This document shows, one piece after another, positions 49,757 to 54,650 of a stretch of DNA of 54,650 nucleotides (position 1 is the stretch's first letter; every line of letters begins with the position of its first letter). The stretch is from Chlamydiota bacterium (GTDB lineage Bacteria; Chlamydiota; Chlamydiia; Chlamydiales; SM23-39): contig JACRNF010000029.1 of the NCBI GenBank assembly GCA_016219355.1, positions 1 to 54,650 on the forward strand, in the 5' to 3' direction. Both the position numbers and the translations under genes were made by a program. Below the pieces are notes generated by a model that was not told where the DNA came from, made no database searches, and saw only the letters and a list, made by a program, of their open reading frames with translations.

Positions 49757-50544
49757 TCCAGTTTTATAAATATCAAGCCTTTGGCAATGATTTTATATTA
49801 ATCGATGATCAAAAACTGAAGTTAACAAAAGAAGATATCAAACGGCTTTGCGATCGAAAATTTGGCATTGGCGCGGATGGTATTGTTTTATTACTCCCTT
49901 CTTTAAAAGCCGATTTTAAGATGCAGATTTTTAATAGCGACGGCTCAGAGGCCGAGATGTGTGGAAACGGCCTCTCATGTTTAATCAAATTTATTAAAGA
50001 TTTAAAACTTTTTACAAAAACTAATTTTTTTATAGAAACCTTAGCAGGAGTGATGTCTGTCGGTTGTCTAGGAGAAAAAATCTTTTTCCTATCTAAATAT
50101 CCTACAATTTTAGCCCAGGATGTGGAGCTAAACTTCTTGGACAAAAAAGTTATGTTTGATTTTGTAGATTCGGGAGTTCCTCACTCTATTATTTTTACAT
50201 CTGATGTGGATAAAATAGATATAGATATTGAAGGTCTTAAAATCCAAAATCATGATTATTTTAAGCCCAAAGGAGTCAATGTCAATTTTGTCTCAATAGA
50301 AAAAGATAAAATTAAAGTGAGGACCTTTGAACGAGGTGTCCAAAAAGAGACCTTGGCTTGCGGTACGGGAGCTTTGGCCGTATCGGCAATCCTTTATGAG
50401 AAATATCATCTCAAAAATCCCATTATTTTATCATTTCCGGGGGGGGAGATAGAGACTATAGTAGATCCAAATAAAAAAAATATTCAATATCTGGGGACGT
50501 CAACTTTGGTTTTTAAAGGAGAATGTTCGAGCTCTAAAAATTAA
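49753..50544 (+). CDS. dapF: Diaminopimelate epimerase
   Basis: [31 protein letters not shown]. Confidence 0.95.
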   Translation: MIQFYKYQAFGNDFILIDDQKLKLTKEDIKRLCDRKFGIGADGIVLLLPSLKADFKMQIFNSDGSEAEMCGNGLSCLIKFIKDLKLFTKTNFFIETLAGVMSVGCLGEKIFFLSKYPTILAQDVELNFLDKKVMFDFVDSGVPHSIIFTSDVDKIDIDIEGLKIQNHDYFKPKGVNVNFVSIEKDKIKVRTFERGVQKETLACGTGALAVSAILYEKYHLKNPIILSFPGGEIETIVDPNKKNIQYLGTSTLVFKGECSSSKN

Positions 50545-50580
50545 AACATGTTATCTATGAAATAGATATAATGTTAGCTT

Positions 50581-53500
50581 ATGGAACTGGATTTTTTAAA
50601 ACCCTTTCAAAAACTTGGCGCTGCTTTAATTAAAAAGAAGGCTATCGGTGAGATTTTATTCTCTGAAGGGACCTATGAAATTGAAATCAAAGATAAACCT
50701 TCTATTTGGCCTTATTTGCATCTTGATGACTCTGGCCATATTTTAGATGCATTTTGTAGATGCCCAAATTCAGAAAAAAAAGGTGGATGCTCTCATTTAG
50801 CGGCAGCTTACTTAACAATTTTCGACGGTTTTAACACTCCGCTTCATGTTAGATTCAAGGAATCTTTTTTTAATGCCTTATTTTTGAGTATTTCAGAAAA
50901 CTTTGGTTTCGAAAAAACTGTTTTGAAAAAGAAAAAAAATGGCTTTTCTTGCTTGAAGGAAGATCTCTTTTTGCAAATTGATCCAATCAGTAAAACTGGA
51001 CAAAACAAATTAAAAGAGATTTTATCCCTAAAAATTTTGCCGACTGAAGAAACCTCTTTAAAATTTTCTTCTCTTTCCATGGATGAAATAACTTTGGTTA
51101 AAGAGGGGAGAGCCTCCTTTGAGGTGATGTATGAGCTTTCTTTTTGGTCTGATATCGCAAGATGGCTTTTTTTACTTCAAGATAAAAAAAAATCATATCA
51201 AATTATTTTTAAAGAAGAAAAAGAAAAGCTTCCGAAAGAGCTTACTATAAAATTTTCTGAAGTAAAGATCTTGGTTAATTTTAATCAAGAGATCTTAAAA
51301 AAAATTATCCCTTCGTTAAAAAATGTTGAAGCCAATCTAAAATTTTTTGAATACGAACAAGAGACCATTAAACAAATTGTTTTTGATCCTGAAGCAAAAA
51401 GGTTTTTAGTCGAAAAAAATCCTAGAGTCCAAGAACAAAAGATTGAGGGGTTAAATATCGATGAATGGATATATGTGCATAAACAAGGTTTTTTTCATCA
51501 CGAGCCCGATCCTTTGCTTAATTTAGATGTAATTGAAAAAGATCAGGTTAATGAGCTATTAAGCTTATATCCAAAGAGCTTTCAAAAATATTTGCAAGGC
51601 ATAAAAATTAAACCCCAAGAAAAAGCGGCAAAATATTTTTTGTTTTTTGATGAAAATGACTCTTTGCATATTAGACTTTTTGTTGAAGATAAAGATGATT
51701 TTTTAAAACCGCAATCAACATATTTTGGAAAATGGGTTTATGTACAAGATAGAGGGTTTTATTGTTTAACTGATCTTTTTTTTGAAGGGATTGAAAAGAT
51801 AGTCTTAAGAGATGAGATTTGTGATTTTATCAATAAAAATCGAGAATGGCTTCATAATTTTGAAGGATTTCAAACTCATTTTGGCTCCATGGAAGCCCAC
51901 TTGATCTATTCATTTAATAAAGACCAAGATTTGGAATTTAGCTCTAAATTTGATTTTCCCAAAGAATTTGAAAAAGCGATAGATTTTGATGATTGGATTT
52001 ATATTAAAGGGATAGGATTTTATTCAAAAAATGAAAAAAAGGGAAACCTTCCGCTTCGTCCAGGGCTGATTGTAAAAAACGAAGAAATTGGCTCCTTTAT
52101 TGAAAAACATCATGATGAACTAGAACTGGTAACCGGTTTTTTTACAAATAAGCAGCCGATTGAAAAGATTGGGATTTCAATTGAAGTGAATCAGCAAAAT
52201 AAAATTTTGATAAAACCCAAAGTTGAAACCAAAGAGGGGTTTGATTTATCCAATTTCAAATTTTTCTCTCAGTTCGCATATTTAGAAAACGAAGGCTTTG
52301 TTAAAATTGCTCAAAAACTTCCTGAAAAATACGATCAGGAAAGGGTTATAGATGCATCCCAAGAGCCATTTTTTTTAGGTTATGAGCTAGATCGGCTAAA
52401 GCCATACATTGTGTTTTTAGATAAACGCTTAAGAAAACCGATCAATTTTTCATTGCAGATAACCTCTATTTTAAAACGGAGGAAAAAACATAGAAACATT
52501 TTTATTGTCGGATTACGGTACAGCTCCGAACTTGGAAATGTGAATGCTTTTGATATTTATAAGGCCTTGCAAGGGACTTCTAAATATCTTTTCTCGGACG
52601 CCGGCCTTATTTTTTTAAAACAGGCAAGGTTTAATTGGTTCCGCTCTTTAAATAAATGGTCTGTCGATATCAAGCAAAATTTTTTTAAATTATCTACTCT
52701 AGAATGGATCAGGCTTTCTTTATTCGAGGAGTTAAAATTACCAACTGATGCTACCAAGGATGCGCAAAAGATTTTAGATGAGCTTAAATCTTTTGAAACA
52801 GACAGGTTGTTAAATATTGAGAGTTTAAAGGCTACTTTGAGGCCCTATCAAGAGATAGGGGTAAAATGGCTCTGGTTTTTATATTGCCATGGGTTATCGG
52901 GCCTTTTATGTGATGATATGGGCCTTGGTAAAACTCATCAGGCGATGGCCCTTTTGGCAGCTATAGTTCACGAGACTCCAAATTTGAAATATCTGGTTGT
53001 TTGCCCAACTTCGGTAATTTATCACTGGGAAGAACTTCTCAGACGGTTCTTGCCTTCTTTAAAAGTGCTTGTTTACCATGGCCTGCAAAGAGATATTGAA
53101 GAGTTTCATAAAAATGCCGATGTTCTCTTAACTTCTTATGGGATTGTTAGATCGGAAAAAGAGATATTTAAGAAATTGAAATTTGAGCTTTGCATTTTTG
53201 ATGAAGTGCAGATTGCTAAAAATCATTTTTCTCAAACTCACAAATCTTTAAGAAAAATTCATTCCAAAATGAAGATAGGGCTTACCGGCACGCCTATTGA
53301 AAACAGAATTAGAGAGCTGAAAGCAATTTTTGATTTGGTTTTGCCCTCCTATCTTCCTTCCGACTCAATATTTTTAGAATATTTTATTAATCCGATTGAA
53401 AAGGAAAAAGATGAAGGTAGGCAAAAACTATTGGGCAAGCTCATCAAACCGTTTGTAATGAGAAGAAAAAAAAGTGAAGTGCTCTTTGACTTGCCGGAAA

Positions 53501-54240
53501 AAGTAGAAGAGCTCTCCTTCTGCGATTTATCTTTAGAGCAAAAAGAGCTTTATAATGCAACCCTATCTTTATCTAAAGAGACGGTGCTCAAAGAACTTAA
53601 AGATGAAAACAAACCTTTTTCCTATCTGCATGTTTTTGCTCTACTTTCCAAGCTTAAACAAATCTGCAACCACCCTTCATTAATTTTGAAAGATTATAAA
53701 AGTTATCAAAAGCATATTTCAGGAAAATTTGAACTTTTCAAAGAGCTTTTAAGCGAAGCCAAAGAAAGCTCGCAAAAAGTTGTTGTTTTTTCCCAATATC
53801 TTGGGATGCTAAAAATTATTGAGAGCTATTTGCATAAAAACAATATCGGTTTTGCTTCCATAAAAGGAGAAACTAAAAAAAGATACGAAGAGGTCAAGAA
53901 ATTTCGAGAAGATCCCAAATGCGAAGTGTTTGTAGCATCACTGCTTGCTGCGGGAGTTGGTATTGATCTTTCTTGCGCATCGGTAGTTATTCATTATGAT
54001 CGTTGGTGGAACCCTGCCAAGGAAAATCAAGCGACAGACCGGGTTCATCGTATAGGCCAAAATAGGGGAGTGCAAGTTTTTAAGCTGGTTGCAAAATCTA
54101 CCATTGAAGAAAAAATCCATGCCCTTATAGAGAGAAAAAAAGATTTAATTGAGAAGACTATTGGTAAGGATGAGGCTGATCAGATTAAATCTTTAACCAA
54201 AGAAGAGATTATTGCTATCTTTGAGCAAATTCAAGCTTAA
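50581..54240 (+). CDS. Chlamydial-type SWIM-SNF2 helicase
   Basis: FSEGTYEIE, CRC...CSH SWIM; LCDDMGLGKT, DEVQ, QATDRVHRIGQ. Confidence 0.92.
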   Translation: MELDFLKPFQKLGAALIKKKAIGEILFSEGTYEIEIKDKPSIWPYLHLDDSGHILDAFCRCPNSEKKGGCSHLAAAYLTIFDGFNTPLHVRFKESFFNALFLSISENFGFEKTVLKKKKNGFSCLKEDLFLQIDPISKTGQNKLKEILSLKILPTEETSLKFSSLSMDEITLVKEGRASFEVMYELSFWSDIARWLFLLQDKKKSYQIIFKEEKEKLPKELTIKFSEVKILVNFNQEILKKIIPSLKNVEANLKFFEYEQETIKQIVFDPEAKRFLVEKNPRVQEQKIEGLNIDEWIYVHKQGFFHHEPDPLLNLDVIEKDQVNELLSLYPKSFQKYLQGIKIKPQEKAAKYFLFFDENDSLHIRLFVEDKDDFLKPQSTYFGKWVYVQDRGFYCLTDLFFEGIEKIVLRDEICDFINKNREWLHNFEGFQTHFGSMEAHLIYSFNKDQDLEFSSKFDFPKEFEKAIDFDDWIYIKGIGFYSKNEKKGNLPLRPGLIVKNEEIGSFIEKHHDELELVTGFFTNKQPIEKIGISIEVNQQNKILIKPKVETKEGFDLSNFKFFSQFAYLENEGFVKIAQKLPEKYDQERVIDASQEPFFLGYELDRLKPYIVFLDKRLRKPINFSLQITSILKRRKKHRNIFIVGLRYSSELGNVNAFDIYKALQGTSKYLFSDAGLIFLKQARFNWFRSLNKWSVDIKQNFFKLSTLEWIRLSLFEELKLPTDATKDAQKILDELKSFETDRLLNIESLKATLRPYQEIGVKWLWFLYCHGLSGLLCDDMGLGKTHQAMALLAAIVHETPNLKYLVVCPTSVIYHWEELLRRFLPSLKVLVYHGLQRDIEEFHKNADVLLTSYGIVRSEKEIFKKLKFELCIFDEVQIAKNHFSQTHKSLRKIHSKMKIGLTGTPIENRIRELKAIFDLVLPSYLPSDSIFLEYFINPIEKEKDEGRQKLLGKLIKPFVMRRKKSEVLFDLPEKVEELSFCDLSLEQKELYNATLSLSKETVLKELKDENKPFSYLHVFALLSKLKQICNHPSLILKDYKSYQKHISGKFELFKELLSEAKESSQKVVVFSQYLGMLKIIESYLHKNNIGFASIKGETKKRYEEVKKFREDPKCEVFVASLLAAGVGIDLSCASVVIHYDRWWNPAKENQATDRVHRIGQNRGVQVFKLVAKSTIEEKIHALIERKKDLIEKTIGKDEADQIKSLTKEEIIAIFEQIQA

Positions 54241-54309
54241 GTCTTTAAGCAGCAATGGCAAGAGTAGAAATAAGAGAGCTTGGTAGAGCGGCAAAGTTAG
54301 GTGGTGGGA

Positions 54310-54423
54310 TTATTCATCATCCCAATCTAAATCGCTCTTAGGCCGGTCATCGTCATCAAGCCGATCCTCTTCTTCCGAATCTGAATTAACATTAAACACT
54401 TCGTCGTCATTATTATATGACAT
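54310..54423 (-). CDS. Unannotated 37-aa highly acidic small protein
   Basis: MSYNNDDEVFNVNSDSEEEDRLDDDDRPKSDLDWDDE; GGAG 8 nt upstream of the ATG. Confidence 0.5.
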   Translation of the reverse strand: MSYNNDDEVFNVNSDSEEEDRLDDDDRPKSDLDWDDE

Positions 54424-54650
54424 TGTTTTGTCTCCGTGTCTCATAAATTATATCAAATTTTATCTTTAATGTCTATTTAATTAGCAACTTCAATTGGCTT
54501 GTCAAATTAAAATTTTATTTTGATAAAGCAGGACAGCAATTCCCGCTTAAATAATTTCGTATAGATATGATATACTTTTTTTACGGAAAATTTTCGTAGA
54601 GAGATTATTGTATGAAAAGAGGCCCTCATTGTCAGGAAAAGAAAACATTA

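Noticed and set aside
409-54120. The many 60-170 aa ORFs antisense to or nested in long genes (e.g. 11147..11665, 19878..20150, 25110..25490, 28845..29234)
   Set aside because: Fully overlapped by well-supported genes, with no motifs or SD; expected shadows of AT-rich coding DNA
54245-54312. tmRNA, suggested by a frame ending LAIAA*
   Set aside because: No tRNA-like ends (GGGG...CCA, T-loop) and the region is too short; kept only as a speculative tail of the small ORF
54612-54650. Start of an ORF at the right edge
   Set aside because: Only 13 codons are visible; cannot be supported

Overview
AT-rich chromosomal window from an environmental Chlamydiota-like bacterium. The assignment rests on gene order and protein type: dnaJ-rpsU-tsaB-lon-(rnz)-ABC-F-xerC, cdsZ/CT398 next to rnpB, glyA-clpP-dapF, and a chlamydial-type SWIM-SNF2. 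Two accessory blocks interrupt the core genes. The first (~20.9-35.1 kb) is a phosphorelay-linked glycan synthesis/export cassette: TPR + beta-barrel, PAS/GAF sensor kinase, REC, Hpt-REC-REC-degenerate GGDEF-REC, HEAT, processive GT2, UDP-sugar dehydrogenase, UDP-GlcA decarboxylase-like SDR. Its kinase and export gene are each broken by an apparent internal deletion. The second (~36.3-46.4 kb) is a tandem array of three paralogues that fuse a conserved N-terminal domain bearing a clan-CD (caspase-hemoglobinase fold)-like His-Gly...Ser-Cys dyad to divergent, reshuffled ankyrin arrays, followed by a Fic gene; this is the best candidate for an undescribed system. Two families of ~100-165 bp palindromic MITE/RPE-like elements are also present. 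One copy is inserted in frame after codon 2 of a secreted protein, and another supplies the apparent Shine-Dalgarno of xerC. Smaller features include a CIRCE-like operator before dnaJ, operator-like palindromes before the Fic and AAA+ genes, and an unannotated 37-aa acidic ORF. All calls come from motif reading by eye; no database searches were run.
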